Shown: piece after piece, positions 1 to 16,975 of the stretch | Layout of the letters: each line of letters begins with the position of its first letter | Position numbering within the stretch: position 1 is the first letter of the stretch | NCBI RefSeq assembly: GCF_020745735.1 | Contig: NC_083421.1 | Coordinates: 23,365,001-23,429,000, forward strand | Source: Hemiscyllium ocellatum | Taxonomy: Eukaryota | DNA: 64,000 nucleotides | Reading direction: 5' to 3' | The notes under the pieces: generated by a model | The model's input: the letters and a program-made list of their open reading frames with translations, nothing else | The model's database searches: none | What the model was told of the DNA's origin: nothing | Made by a program: the position numbers and the translations under genes

Positions 1-1724
1 TTAGGTTTATTAATGATTTTGTATTTACAGCTCCGAGTTTTGAATCCTCCCAGAAGATGAAACCTCTTCTCCACCCCTGCCAATGCTATAACAGTTTAAG
101 GAGTTCAACAGGCCACTTTGTTATGAAATGGCCAAACAATTGAATCTTTTCAAATTGCTGGGGTCCAAAGACCCCAGCAATCAAACAGGTTGGGGTCTTC
201 TTTTGGTGGACAGGCAAGTGTCAGAACGGAAGCCACTCAGTCAACCACCCTTTTATTTATAACAGAGTACAAGGCTCACTCCACTCTTGTAATCACAATA
301 TTGTTTTAACCAGTTAAGAGCTTAATCCTTCAAGATATTCATAGTTCCAGGCATTCCTTCATTATCTCCAATGAGGCAGGGTGTTGAAGCTGAGAGGAAA
401 ATGCCTGGCTCTCTTCTGACTGGCTGGTAGTAGTGGCATCAAAACTATTGGCAAGTTGCCAGTTACAGTCCAGCTATGAATAAATGAGAAAGAGAAAGGG
501 CTCTTCAAACCCACACACCCCATATTCCGTTGCCCACAGGCAATTAAATATTTAATCCACATTGGGGGAAGAGGGGGTCGTGTGTGAGAGATGGGGCTGA
601 AGGGTGAAATGGTATAGAATCACCCAATTTCTCCAGCTACCAGCAGTGTTTGGATTGAGAACAAGAGGGCCACAGGCGCAAAGACATTGGTTAAAGAGAC
701 AAAATTTCTTTATTGATGTTGACTCATTTGGAGTGAACATGTTGACTCATTTATATTGATGAAAACAGATTCAACTGAAGCGCTGAATAGAGAATTCTGC
801 AGCTTAATTGTCTAATTACAGAGAGAAGGTAACACTGGGGGTGTTGGTCATTTGGAGAACCAGCACAGATACAATGGGCTCATCTTACACTGCAACACTT
901 CTGTGATTATGATTTAATGTGGGGTAAAAGAATATAATTCTGCTCAATAGATTGAGAAGTGTTAGGTTAAGCACATTTATTTCCATAACACAGCATTGAG
1001 TACACATGACAATAAGCCTAATTTTAATTCTAAACTTGATCTGAATCATGTTGGTACCTGGGCAGTACATCTCCCCATCTCCCTCTGCATATACAAACAT
1101 AAAAGCCATCCAAAGTCTGCAGTCCATCTCTTTATCCACATTGCAGTTTTTCTAATTTTATCTACCTCCGTGCCACTTAGAATCCAGGTTCTCGACCTAT
1201 TTGCTGATCTCTAATCTCTCCCACACACCCCTGCTCTGTCCTTTCATGCACCGTTCACTCCTCAAACACAGTTTCTTTGTCACAAGCTACTCCTTCGATC
1301 ACTCAGCCTCTGCAACTTCCTCAGCATCACTATCAATTCAACCATCTTCCTTCAAATCTCCCCCCGCAACTGAGTACTGTATCCATCTTGGTTTGAGCTG
1401 AAAATGGCTGAGGGGAAAACCAGGGATCATGGGGTCTCCACTGCACTCAGCAGCTCTCTCCCTTGTCACCGATTAGGTCCAGCGACTTGGCTGTGACCAT
1501 CTCCACTCACAGACAAAGTGGTTTCAAATGGGAGAGAAACAACTTGTCGATTATTGTCATCAACTTTAGGAGACGAGAATAAAGTCAGTTTCATTTCAGG
1601 GAAAAATACAAACTCCCCCATCGGATCGAAGAGCCGACAGGGATTTAGATAAGTTTGTGAGAAGATTTGTAGCTCGGGTGCTCGTTGTTCTGGTTCTGTT
1701 CGCTGAGCTGGGAGTTTTTGTTGC

Positions 1725-1759
1725 AAACGTTTCGTCCCCTTTCTAGGCGACATCCTCAG
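1725..1759 (-). ncRNA. Minimal type I hammerhead ribozyme motif (family A)
   Basis: GCA-CTGAGGA-T-GTCGCCT-AGAA-AGGGGAC-GAA-ACGT-T-TGC. Confidence 0.65.
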
Positions 1760-2187
1760 TGCTTGGGAGCCTCCAGTGAAGCGCTTCTGTGCTGATTCCT
1801 CCGGCATTTATAGTGGCTTGTCTCTGCCGCTTCCGGTTGTCAGTTTCAGCTGGAGTGGTCGGTATATTGGGTCCAGGTCGATGTGCTTATTGATTGAATC
1901 TGTGGATGAGTGCCATGCCTCTAGGAATTCCCTGGCTGTTCTCTGTTTGGCTTGCCCTAGTGTTGTTCCAGTCGAATTCATGTTGCTTGTCATCTGCGTG
2001 TGTGGCTACTCAGGATAGCTGGTCGTGTCGTTTTGTGGCTAGTTGGTGTTCATGAATGCGGACCGTTAGCTGTCTTCCTTTTTGTCCTATGTAGTGTTTT
2101 AAACTGACAACCGGAAGCGGCAGAGACAAGCCACTATAAATGCCGGAGGAATCAGCACAGAAGCGCTTCACAGGAGGCTCCCAAGCA

Positions 2188-2222
2188 TTGAGGATGTCAC
2201 CTAGAAAGGGGACGAAACGTTT
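2188..2222 (+). ncRNA. Minimal hammerhead motif, C3U variant (family A)
   Basis: GCA-TTGAGGA-T-GTCACCT-AGAA-AGGGGAC-GAA-ACGT-T-TGC. Confidence 0.55.
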
Positions 2223-2518
2223 GCAACAAAAACTCCCAGCTCGGCGAACAGAACCACAACAGGGATTTAAACAATTCGGATGTGAAATGTTGACTGTAGG
2301 GAAAGAGACAGAGCCACAGATCAGACTTCACTCTGTTCTTCGCCCCGCAGTCTCTCTCTCTCTGTCTTCTTGCTACCCCCATCATTCCGATTCCACCATC
2401 ACCTCCAACTCCCAGCCTGACTCTTCCCAGTCATCCCCATCTCCCTCTGCTCTCCAGCGGACCCCAGCCCCTAGCCCCACACACCCCCCATCTCCCACCC
2501 CCGACTCCCAGGCCTCAC

Positions 2519-2590
2519 CAGGCACATCTGATATTCCAGTCGTTTCCGCGCCTCTTCGCTCTGCTTCTTCTTCCGAGTGAAGAGCATCAT
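2519..2590 (-). CDS. LRSAM1: LRSAM1 (E3 ubiquitin ligase) first coding exon; rest of gene presumably lies left of the window
   Basis: 72-nt exon encodes [24 protein letters not shown], matching the recalled human N-terminus [24 protein letters not shown]; followed by donor GTGAGG; head-to-head with RPL12 as in human. Next exon not found in 1-2518. Confidence 0.93.
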
Positions 2591-2599
2591 CTCGGGCCT

Positions 2600-3548
2600 A
2601 GCGAAGTTCCAAATTCCCCGCGGCCGGACAACAGCGGAGGCGGCGAGGGAGCACCCCAGGGGCAGAGAAGCAGCAAGACAACGGCGCAGCCTCGAGGCGG
2701 GGCTCCTTCGCAGTGTCCCCGGGCCGGTCTGCAGCCAGAAAACTCCCGCTAGATCCTCGTCCCAAACAGCGAGCGACAGCTCTCCGACTTCCACCTCCTG
2801 TCACTCCTCCAGAGCTAACGAGTGTGCCGAGTGAGGCAAGAGGCACCGCCGATAGCACCGAGCATCAAACAGAAAGCAAGGGGTGTGACTAACCGCAGAA
2901 GTGTCGCAAGACCACAGCCCGAGGAACGGCAACATCAAGTTATAACCCTGTGCAAACGCTCACTATGATTATTCACTTGATTATTTATTGAATGTTTGAA
3001 ACGTAGATGACATTCGGATTTTCAAACTGTGATTTTGTTTTTACCAGCAAAATATTTGCGCAAGCGCAGTCTCGGAGCGGAAGTACGCATGCACTGGTTC
3101 CTGCCATATTTCTGAGCATGCTCAGTCAGGGTTAGCGCATGTGTATTTCTGGATTTGTGCAAGGCTTGATATCAGCAAGTCACAATGAGGAGACGATGTA
3201 GAACTAGGGTGGACAAAGTTAAAGCTACACAACACCGGGTTATAGTTCAACAGTTTGTTTGGAAGCATGAATAGCGCTCCGAATACTAATGCTTCCAAAT
3301 AGACCTGTTGAACTATAACCTGCTATTGTGTGACTTTTAAACTCTGTCGTCACTGTCCGCATTCAAAATGGCGCTGTCCCCGTGCCCTTGGGAAACCTCG
3401 CGAGAGTTTACTGGGTATATAAAGGTGCGAGAGGCGGCGCTGTTCCTCTTCAGCTGTTCCTGTCGGTGACGGTGCAACTTATTATCGGTCGTCCCGAACC
3501 CGGGTTCATCCGACACCGGAACCGCGCGCCAGTGTACTACCCGCGAGG
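2600..3548. promoter_or_regulatory. Bidirectional CpG-rich promoter and 5'UTRs of LRSAM1/RPL12
   Basis: CpG-rich. NRF1-like TGCGCAAGCGCA 3057-3068, ETS/GABP CGGAAGT 3078-3084, palindrome CTGAGCATGCTCAG 3112-3125, YY1 CAAAATGGCG 3364-3373, CCTCGCGAGA (BANP/Kaiso-like, 1 mismatch) 3396-3405, TATATAAA 3416-3423, pyrimidine tract TTCCTCTTC 3443-3451 about 30 nt downstream (5'TOP/TCT start typical of ribosomal protein genes). Confidence 0.8.
3212..3348. mobile_element. Palindromic remnant of a Penelope-like family C terminus within the bidirectional promoter
   Basis: Arms GGTTATAGTTCAACAG..TTTGGAAGCA and TGCTTCCAAA..CTGTTGAACTATAACC; same sequence as the element end at ~40590-40648. Confidence 0.7.
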
Positions 3549-7490
<3,942 letters not shown>

Positions 7491-7511
7491 AATGGAGGTG
7501 TCAAGTTTCCA

Positions 7512-7517
7512 AATAAA
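7512..7517 (+). terminator. RPL12 polyadenylation signal
   Basis: AATAAA about 20 nt after the stop, followed by GT/T-rich sequence; a second AATAAA overlaps the stop codon (7486-7491). Confidence 0.75.
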
Positions 7518-8691
7518 GCATTTTCTAAAAAAAACTTGGTGTTTGAATCTTTTAAAATTTCAAACTGTAGCTGAAATTTTTGAATCATTTGATCACTGTC
7601 GAACTAAGAATCTGATTATGGTGTTTGTACTCACTCCATCCAGTTTGGGGTATTTGACTTTAACCACTTGATCTTCTCATGCAAGTGTGATTTGGTGGTC
7701 TGTCTTTCCCACGTACAATAATTTTATGCTTGTGTGAAGTGTTGCAATTGGAGTTCAGCATGCAGTAAAGGCAGGAACAGAATTTTGCTGTACGTTGGCT
7801 ATTTTGTTTGATGCAATCTAGTGGATTTTAGTAGTGGAAATCAAACTGTTCTAGCTGCTGCTATCGCCCCAATACACAGCTCTGTTTTTATGTTCTAGCT
7901 GCAATCTCAGACACCCTCTGTAGAGAGAGCTACTAAAGTTGCACCTCTATAACACTTTCAATGGCTTTCATTCTTTTGCTAGTCAAATTAAGTAAATGCT
8001 TAACCACAACACAGGGATCTTAACGATCTGACTATCTATTTTGTTCAGGTTTATACTCTTCATGGTAATTTTTGATTCAAATCGATTCTACCCAATAGTA
8101 CTTGTGTACAATTAACAGGAGGTTACTCAGTCCCTTCAGCTTACTCCTCCATCCTTTAATGTCATTCTTTACAGTACTTGAAAGCCCTGCAGTCAGGAAT
8201 CTGAGGTACTAGTTGGAGTCTACATAAACATTTATCCTCTAACTTTTGATTCCCTTGCCAGACTAGTACCTGAGTCTCTGCCTTCCTACCTTCATCTGGC
8301 TTTAAAAAAATGACCCTACTAGCTACCACCTAAGATATATCCAGTACCCAGTTTAGACAGATCACTTTTTTGATCTGATCACTACTCTCCTCAGCTATTG
8401 TAATACCTTTTATCTTCACTCTCACTGACTCATTCCAGTTTGCTGGTATGGCATCTCAAAGCATTAAAAATGCAAGAGTGAAATCTTTTGAATAAATTAT
8501 TCAGTTTCAATTTTACAAAAACAAGGGTTAACAAAGTAGAAAAGCTTTGTTTTGCAAACTATACAAAAACAAACAGCAGTGTATAGTTCCAGCACTGCCT
8601 TCCTGTAGTCCCAATGTAACAATACCCTGGAATGGCCATGGAAATTTATCTTTGTGATAGTGGCCAATCTTCAAACACATTTACAGGTATC

Positions 8692-8876
8692 TTAGTTTTC
8701 TACATCATCTTCCTCGTTTTCAATCTCCTTTTGATCATCGTCTACCATTTTCACCTCTTCGCTGTCTTCCTCATTCTCATCTTCCTTGCTCTTGTCTTGT
8801 TCTTCATTCTCTGGCTTTTTATCTTTTTTCTTCTGTTCTGAAGCTTCTTTTTTACCTTTCTGCTCTCGCTTGTAAA
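8692..8876 (-). CDS. POLE3: POLE3 coding exon 4 (acidic tail)
   Basis: cag|[20 protein letters not shown]...DDVEN TAA. Confidence 0.95.
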
Positions 8877-11800
8877 CTGGGGAAAAGAGGCAAAATCAGT
8901 AAGAGATGAAATCATAAATTTTGGAAACTGTCCCTAGATGGAAAACAGATCAATTTGACATCTGAATGCTGAAAACCACCTGGAGTGATTGAAGCACTGG
9001 ACATCAATAGCGAATTTTGGAAATTATGAAAGACAAGAAAAATGGAAACAATATACATCATATTCTTATGATAAACAAAAAAACCACTTATTTACCCCAC
9101 ACTAAGTCTGGTGTCATTAATGATAGGTACACAGGAAGAAATTAAATTCGAGCTTTTAACTCAAAAGATTATTGTTCCACTGATACATAAAACTGGTAGG
9201 GATCATTAAATTAGGGGACATCAATACAAGATAATCAAGTATGAATTCTACTACAGAATTCCAGGAAAACAAATGGTTAGAATGTGAACATTCTATTTGC
9301 CATTTGCTGAAAAGCACCTCAGACATATAACGTTTGGCAATTGTAAGTATTTATTTATTTTACACCCAAAAGATCTATTTGACAATGCCCACTAATTGTT
9401 GATTCCCAATCAGTAGAAGCTGTTTCTCTCTGTTAACCCTATCTGCTTAAGAACGTTCAATCAAATAGTTACAGATGTGCAGCACAGAAACAGAACATTC
9501 GTCAAATTCATCCGTGCTGACCAGATATCCCAACCTAATCTAGTCTCATTTGCCAGTACGCGGTCTGAATCCCTCCAAACGCTTACTCTTCATATACGCA
9601 TCCAGATGCCTCCACCGCTTCTTCTGGCAATGTCCTGTACAGCTGCAGCATGCCCTCCCAAATCCTGTACTCAATGCTCTGACCAATAAAGGCAAGCATA
9701 CCAAACACCTTCTTCACTATCTTTTCTATCTGTGACTACTTTCAAGGAGCTATGAATCTACACTCCAAGGTCTCTTTGTTCAGCAACACTCGCTAGGGCC
9801 TTATACACTTAACATTAAGTCCTGCTAAGATTTGCTTTTCCAAATGCAGCACTCACATTTATCCCAATTAAACTCCATCTGCCATGCCTCACTCCATTCA
9901 CCCATCTAATCAAGTTCCCGTCATAACCTTTGAGGTAACCTCCTTCGCTGAACACTACTCCAATTTTGATGCCATCTGTAAACATACTAACTATACCTCT
10001 TATATGATTTGGATGTGAGCGTAAGTGACAAAAAGTAGTGGACCCAACACTGAACCTTATGGCATATCACTGGTCACAGGTCTCCAGCCTGGAAAACAAC
10101 CCTCCACCACCATCCTGTGTTTTCTACCTTTGAGCCAGTTCTGTATTCCATGAGATCTAACCTTGCTTATCAGTCTCCCACGGGGAACTTGATGAACAGC
10201 TTAGTGAAGGTAAGTGGAGTTGAAATGCCCATCAACCATGATTGAATGGCGGAGTGGACTCGATGGGCCGAATGGCCTTACTTCCACTCCTATGTCTTAT
10301 GGTCTTACTGAAGTCCATGTAGATCATGTCTACTGCTCTGCCCTCAATCCTCTTATTTCTTCAAAAAATTCCACTTTTTAAGAAAGGTGGGAGAAAGAAA
10401 GCAGGAAATTATAGACCAGGTAGTCTGACTTCAATGGTGGAAAAGATGCTGGAGTATATTGTAAAGGATGAAATTATGACACATCTGGATAGTAGTAACA
10501 GGATAGGTCAGAGTCAGCATGGATTTATGAAGGGGAAATCATGCTTGACTAATCTTCTGGAATCTTTTGAGGATGTAACTCTAAAGATGGATGAGGGAGA
10601 TCCAGTAGATGTAGTATACCTGGACTTTCAGAAAGCTTTTGATAAAGTCCCACATAGGAGGTTAGTGAGCAAAATTAGGGCACATGGTATTGGGGGCAAA
10701 GTACTAACTTGGATTGAAAGTTGGTTGGCTGACAGGAAACAAAGAGTAGTGATAAACGGCTCCATTTCGGAATGGCAGGCAGTGGCCAATGGGGTACCGC
10801 AGGGATCAGTGCTGGAACCGCAGCTTTTTACAAGATGGTATTAGTAATAACATTAGCAAATTTGCTGATGATACTAAGCTGGGGGACAGGGTGAAATGTG
10901 AGGAGGATGTTAGGAGATAACAGGGTGACCTGGACAGGTTAGGTGAGTGGTCAGATGCGTGGCAGATGCAGTTTAATGTGGATAAATACATGGTTATCCA
11001 CTTTGGTGGCAAGAACAGGAAGGCAGATTACTACCTAAATGGAATAAATTTAGGTAAAGGGGCAGTACAGAGAGATCTGGGTGTTCTTGTACACCAGTCA
11101 ATGAAGGTAAGCTGGCAGTGAAGAAGGCTAATAGGGTTATGGAGGAAGAATGCCTCATCTTCTGCCTCGGGACCCTTCAACCCCAGGGCATCATTGTGGA
11201 CTCCACCAGTTCTCTCATTTTTCCTCCCCCCCCCCCCCCCCCAACCTCAGTTCCAACCTTCCAGCTCAGCACCATCCTCATTACCTATCTCAACTGTCAA
11301 TCTCCGCTTCACTTGCCTTTCTGACCTATCCCCATTACCCCCACCTCCATCCACCTATTGGTAACTTCTCCCCAGACAGACCCCCACCCCCCCTCCCATT
11401 TATCTCTCCACCCCTGAGGCTCCCAGCCTCAATCCTGATGAAGGGCTTTTGCCCGAAACATCGTTTTACTGCTCCTCAGATCTGCCTGACCCGCTGTGCT
11501 TTTCCAGCACCATTCTAATCTTTACTCTGTGAAGAGAAGCAGAGTTAGCGTTTCAGGTCTAGTTATCTTTGCTTTCTCTCCACAGGTCTTTACAAATCCA
11601 CATCATATTTTGGAAATGCAAATCAAAGCAGGACTTCTACAGTTAAATGGTGAGGTCCTGTTACTGAACAAAGAGACGTTGGAGTGCATAGTAGAGTCAC
11701 AGGCAGATAAGATAGTCAAGAAAGCGTTTGGTATGCTTTATTGGTCAGAGCACTGAATACAGAAATTGGGAGGTCATGTTGTGGCTGTACAGGAGATTTG

Positions 11801-14800
11801 GTAGGTTACTTTTGGAATATAGTGCACAGTTCTGGTCTCCTTCCTGTCAGAAAGATGTTGTGAAACCTGGAAGGTTTCGAAAAAGATTTACAAGGATGTT
11901 GCCTGGGTTGGAGGATTTGAGCTATAGGGGAGAGGCCGAATAGGCTGGGGCTGTTTTCCCTGGAGCATCAAAGGCCGAGGGGTGACCTCAAAGGCTTATA
12001 AAATCATTAGAGGCATGGATAGGATAAATAGACAAAGTGTTTTCCCTGGGGTGGGGGAGTCCAGAACAAGAAGGCATAGGTTTAGGGTGAGAGGGGAAAG
12101 ATATAAAAGAGACCTAAAGGGCAACTTTGTCACGCAGACGGTGGTGTGTGTATGGAATGAGCTGCCAGAGGAAGTTGTGGAGGCTGGTACAACTGCAACA
12201 TTTAAAAGGCATCTGGATGGGTAAATGAAAATGAAGTTTAGAGGGATATGGGCCAAGTGCTGCCAAATGGGACTAGATCCGCTGGGATTTCTGTCGACAT
12301 GGACTAGTTGTCAGAGGGTCTGTTTCCGTGCTGTACGTCTCAATGACTATTTAAAATACTGAACATCACCAGGATTTATGGGGAATTGAAAGAATGAATT
12401 TGACCACTACCTCCTGTATTTGAAACCATACTTCGGCTGTATAGTACCTTTTCACTTGTCCTGTCTACTAATTTTCATTTCACGTTAAAATATTTGTCTT
12501 AATCCCTTAAAAAAACGTCAGTTTTGGCATTAAAAAAATTAAACAAGATTTTTGAATTACTTTGACACCTGGTCCCTAGTGAGGTATGTAATATGGTGAC
12601 ATCCCCAAATGTATGTTAATTAAATGTCAATGCAACTAGTACCAGAGATTCCTCACCTTCCAAAGCATCTTTCAGTGGGGTTATAAAGCGATCAAACTCC
12701 ATCTCTTCCATTGCTGCAAGCACATCAGAGGCACTCAGTGTTTTCCTCTTGCTCTTCATTGCAAAGTTATTTGCGCTAGGAATATACAGACTTTAATGCA
12801 ACTCTTTATATTTACATTTGGTACAGCTCTTATTGCATTATCCCATAGACGTAGATCAATTTCTAAGATGGTTATGGCACTCTTGCAACATTAGACAGAC
12901 CTTAGAACTAACATAATGCTCCAAGTATAAGTACTGGAAGACAGAAACCACTTTATTCAACTTTCACCAAAACCCTTATACTCAGGCACTTGAATGCATC
13001 CATGCTTTATCTATCCAAAAAATGAACTAATGCGTATGCATTGATGGTTTCTCTTTCCTGCTCTAAACATCTCCAGGACAATGTTTTTTCATTCACTGAA
13101 TCGGAGCATCATTAATAAAGCTTGCATTGATTGCCCATCACTGACTGCTCTTGAGGAAGCGTTAGCGAGCTGCCTTCTTGCATACAATTCAATATTTTAT
13201 CTGCCCTTTGAAATAGCCTTACAAGAGTCAATTACATCATTGTAGGTATGGAGTCTCACATATACCAGGATGGCAGACTTCCCTCCCAAATAAAGGGCAT
13301 TTGTGAACCAAATGGGTTTCATGATAATCTAACAGTTTTGCAGTTGTTACTACTAGGACTGGCTCATTACTCCAAATATGTTTAACTGAATTTAAATTCC
13401 CCAGCTGCTATAGTTTAGAACCCAAATTTCTGGACTGATGAGTTGAAATAAAATTATGTCTCAATGCAGGAATATAATTTTTAAAAAGCGACTGTCCTTT
13501 TAGACTTTACCTCAAAATCTCTGCTGCTGACTCCATGACTTCTACCTAGCTAATACCGCATACCAAATCAGAACATTTGCAAATTTGGCCTCCGCTTTGA
13601 GCAGAGATTAATTTTAAACACCAGATCTTATCCAGTATCAAGATTGATTATTTTTACTCCCATAACATTTCCCATCTCCAACCCAAATCAGCTTCTCTTG
13701 TGATTGACAAGAATTTGACATCCAGACCCATGTGCTGGTCTCATGTTCCATTAATGAAACCCATCCACAATTTTGTTGCAAGTATTCTCTTGTACAAAGA
13801 ACTTTTGCAAGTCCATAACTTGTTTATATAACATTACATATTTATATACATCCACACATTTCCATTTCCCTTCCTGAACAGTGCATTCTCAGACCCTGAC
13901 ATTTTGTGCCATGTATTATAGATTCTGGTAATTATGGATATATTTCATTGAGTTTGAATGACAAGATGGGGTTGAGAGAGTGAAGACATTGAAAGGTTAA
14001 TTATGGAGGAAAGAGCTTTGAGTTATTGATAAGCTAAGCCTGGGATAATATATACTTTTGACTGAGGAGAGCAATGCACACTCAATGTGACAGAGTCAAA
14101 AGGGGTAGTAGTTGGGAACAGAATAAGAACGAATATCGTGGATATGGACCATTGAATTAATTTGAAGTAACATTGCCCGCTTGCCTGCCCCCATGACCCC
14201 AATCCTAAAACTTTTTGATGAATGAGAAACAAAATATTACACATTTGGTAAATCTGCATCAAAGACAGCAAACACTCAAATCACTGATAGCACGTCAGAC
14301 ACCAAATGATCAAAAGACTTGTCAATTAAGTTTTGGATGTCAAATCATTTTCTGAAACTAAAAATGATATAGATTAACTGTATCCAAGAAACAGAAAAGG
14401 AGAAGAGTCAAGAAAAGCATCCACCATCACAATAACTAGGCATATCGGAAACATAATTGAATGCTTTGTAAAGTACTCAGATGCAGATCAGAAGACAATA
14501 CGTGCAGGAAGTGAAATGATGTAGAAACATTTCGGCCCAGATTTTCGGATGGCCTGATAATCGTAGACAGGAGCTAAACATAGGAACCCTGCAGAATCCC
14601 CACAGTAGTAGCTGCCAAAGGAATTGAGAAATTGAAGGGCAATTTCCCCTCTGCTTATAACCATCCAAAAGTGTCCATTTAACTTCAGAGAATTCAGAAG
14701 GTTCTGCTGCAGTTAATAGTTACTGAGGAAATATTGAACTGTTGAATACCTAGTCTAATTCCAGTGTAACTATTCAACTGACCCGTCTTACTTCACACTC

Positions 14801-16466
14801 TCCCAGACCATGACCTGACAGCCCCCTCTATCACTGTGAATTGATACAACCTCCAACATCACACCAAGCCACCCACAAACCCCAGATCCTGCCGTCAGGA
14901 CCTAGGATCCAACAGATACCACTGCCTCCACACCCCTCCTCTACTGACAGATCTGATCCCACCCCTACCTCACGATGGACTTGCATCCCATTCCCATCAG
15001 CACCGTGGAAGCTAAGTCTTGAATAAGTTTAAAGACCAAGTTAAACAAATTTTCAATAGATAGTGGGGACAAGAGTCATATAATACACACAGGAATGTAG
15101 AAGTTAGACCATAACTGGACCAGCCATGATCTTATTGAATAGCAAAACAGGCTCTAATAGCTTATTCCTGCTTCTAAGTTTTATGTTTGCTTAACTTTCC
15201 CTGGTGACCAAGACTTCAGACCTATCTGTCTCTCTATCTCTGCTTCTTAACCAAAAAGATAAGAAAGGTTTTGAGTTAGCTCTGCTGCTTCATAGTTTGA
15301 CAAGATGTTTTATTACTCATTTATCAATATAATGGTTTATAAATTGTAAAGTCAAGAAAATTATGTTCATAGTTATAGCAAACTTCCAATACTCAGAAAT
15401 TTGCTCACTAATATCCTCCAAGTCAGAAAAATTGAAATGCAACCCCCTGCATGAAAAGGTTGGATAAGCCTGCACTACATCACTGTGAGTTCTTTTATTA
15501 ATATCTTCCACCACAGAGCCCCAAATTTCAAAGTCATTGTAAGAAAACACTTTGTCATTGCAGTAAACTAATGATTTCCATTACAATTACAGAAAGTTGG
15601 CACAGCACTTTAACGCTCACATAGAATTTCTTACCACGAGGTTGCATAAAGAACAAAGACACTTGCTGCTCGGGATATTGCACTGCGTGCTTCCTTTGAA
15701 ACATTCACTCCATCTGGAAGCTAAGAGAATAAATGCATTCATCCAATTGTATGCTCTCAAGTATAGAGTAAAACTAGCTTTTGGGAATTAGTAAATTACA
15801 AACAGAACATTATTTATTATATAGCCAACATGGTATAATAGCTTATATTTAACTTTAAGGAACTTGCTACTTTTTAATTGGGGTGTTAACAAAGAAGAGT
15901 GTGTTCTAGAACTTGAACATCCTCTGATAACCAATTTCAAACTGAAACATCATGCAGCAATGCGAAGTGCACCCCTTTATTGGTTATTCAAGTAACCTCG
16001 CCAGGTAATCAAAACTGCATTTATTCAAATTATCCTTACTAATAGAAACAGTTCTGGAGAAGGGTCGCTGGACTCAAAACGTTAGCTGTTTTCTCTCTAC
16101 AGAAGCTTCCAGACCTGCTGATTTTCTTCATTAATTTGTTTTTGTTTCAGATTTCCAGCATCCATTCATTGTTTTAACTTCACTTACCCAACTTCTCACT
16201 TTAAAAAGTAAAATTCTGTCAAGAAAAGCATTAGCTACCAGTGGATAACTAAGCAGTGAGAATATCTTTTTATTAGGAAAGTAAATTGTCCATTTATTGT
16301 CAGGTATTAGTTGCATGAGGTACAAAAATACAGTTCACAATCTAGCAGAATTAAGTGCGCAACATTTGTGATTACAGATATCTATCTAATTCATACTCAC
16401 CGCTTCTTTCATAATCCTAGTAATGACTGCATTTGGTAGATTCAAGTCTTCTGGTCTCTCAGCCAT
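8692..16466 (-). CDS. POLE3: DNA polymerase epsilon subunit 3 (CHRAC17, histone-fold), 4 coding exons, 151 aa
   Basis: complement(join(8692-8876,12657-12775,15635-15720,16401-16466)). GT-AG introns with phases 0/2/1 consistent; [151 protein letters not shown]. Confidence 0.97.
9470..10355 (-). mobile_element. CR1 LINE 3' fragment, internally deleted
   Basis: Reverse complement of the CR1 RT region and 3' tail seen at ~33200-34410; a short CR1-type tail is inserted at ~10210-10305. Confidence 0.8.
10360..11138 (+). mobile_element. CR1 LINE ORF2 (RT) fragment
   Basis: [58 protein letters not shown]. Confidence 0.92.
11139..11530 (+). mobile_element. Penelope-like element 3' end (family B)
   Basis: C-terminal peptide [20 protein letters not shown].., C-rich spacer, then terminus with hammerhead core. 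Confidence 0.72.
11435..11462 (+). ncRNA. Minimal hammerhead motif (family B), stem III region altered by probable CpG decay
   Basis: CTGATGA-A-GGGC-TTTT-GCCC-GAA-ACAT-C. Confidence 0.55.
11600..12350 (+). mobile_element. CR1 LINE 3' fragment
   Basis: [44 protein letters not shown] plus 3' tail. Confidence 0.9.
12657..12775 (-). CDS. POLE3: POLE3 coding exon 3
   Basis: tag|[39 protein letters not shown]|gtgagg, 119 nt. Confidence 0.96.
13110..13430 (-). mobile_element. Degraded tRNA-derived SINE (same family as 24246-24585)
   Basis: Reverse-complement similarity by eye. Confidence 0.5.
15635..15720 (-). CDS. POLE3: POLE3 coding exon 2
   Basis: tag|[28 protein letters not shown]..|gtaaga, 86 nt. 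Confidence 0.96.
16401..16466 (-). CDS. POLE3: POLE3 coding exon 1
   Basis: [22 protein letters not shown]|gtgagt; acceptor AG about 10-15 nt upstream of the ATG implies a non-coding upstream exon. Confidence 0.96.
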
Positions 16467-16844
16467 CTTTCTCACCTAAACTACAAATACAGAAACAACT
16501 CAGTTAGAAATGTCAAAGTCCAGGGCAGCCGAGACATTCCTCTCAACTCAAAGCTACCATAAAACCTTGAGCAAAGGTATAATACCTTGCACAAACATTT
16601 CAGGAATATGGAAACTTTTAGATGAAAGCAATACATTCTTAGTTGTTTGGGCATTTTGGTGATTTATTGACATCCCCACTTGGCCCGATGATCCCAAGTA
16701 CAAGTTCACTACATATCACTGAGGATACATCTAATAGAGGACACTCCAGACTGGGACAAATCTACAGCATGAATAAGCCACACTGGGAAGGATCTGCAGT
16801 GGGGATATTATACTGGGATAAATTTGCCATGGGTGTATTCTGAA

Positions 16845-16975
16845 CTGTATCCAAATGGTTAGTTCTCCTCGTATTCCATGAGATATAACCTTGCTAAACA
16901 GTCTCCCATGGGGAACCTTGTCGAATGCCTTCACTGAAATCCATATAGATCACCTCCACCACTCTGCCCTCAACA
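16845..16975 (-). mobile_element. CR1 RT fragment
   Basis: [32 protein letters not shown]. Confidence 0.85.

Larger units (their letters stand above)
1648..2260. mobile_element. Penelope-like element remnant (family A) with inverted termini
   Basis: Minus-strand GIY-YIG C-terminal-like peptide (..GQAKQRTAREFLEAWHSSTDSINKHIDLDPIY..); ~1690-1845 is the inverse of ~2100-2260; flanked by direct repeat ACAGGGATTTA (1637-1647, 2259-2269). Confidence 0.8.

Noticed and set aside
2140-2858. ORFs of 85-146 aa around the LRSAM1 first exon
   Set aside because: Start in Penelope repeat or GC-rich UTR; only 2519-2590 matches a known protein.
8632-8841. Hydrophobic 69-aa plus-strand ORF resembling a membrane peptide
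   Set aside because: Antisense shadow of the Glu/Lys/Asp-rich last exon of POLE3.
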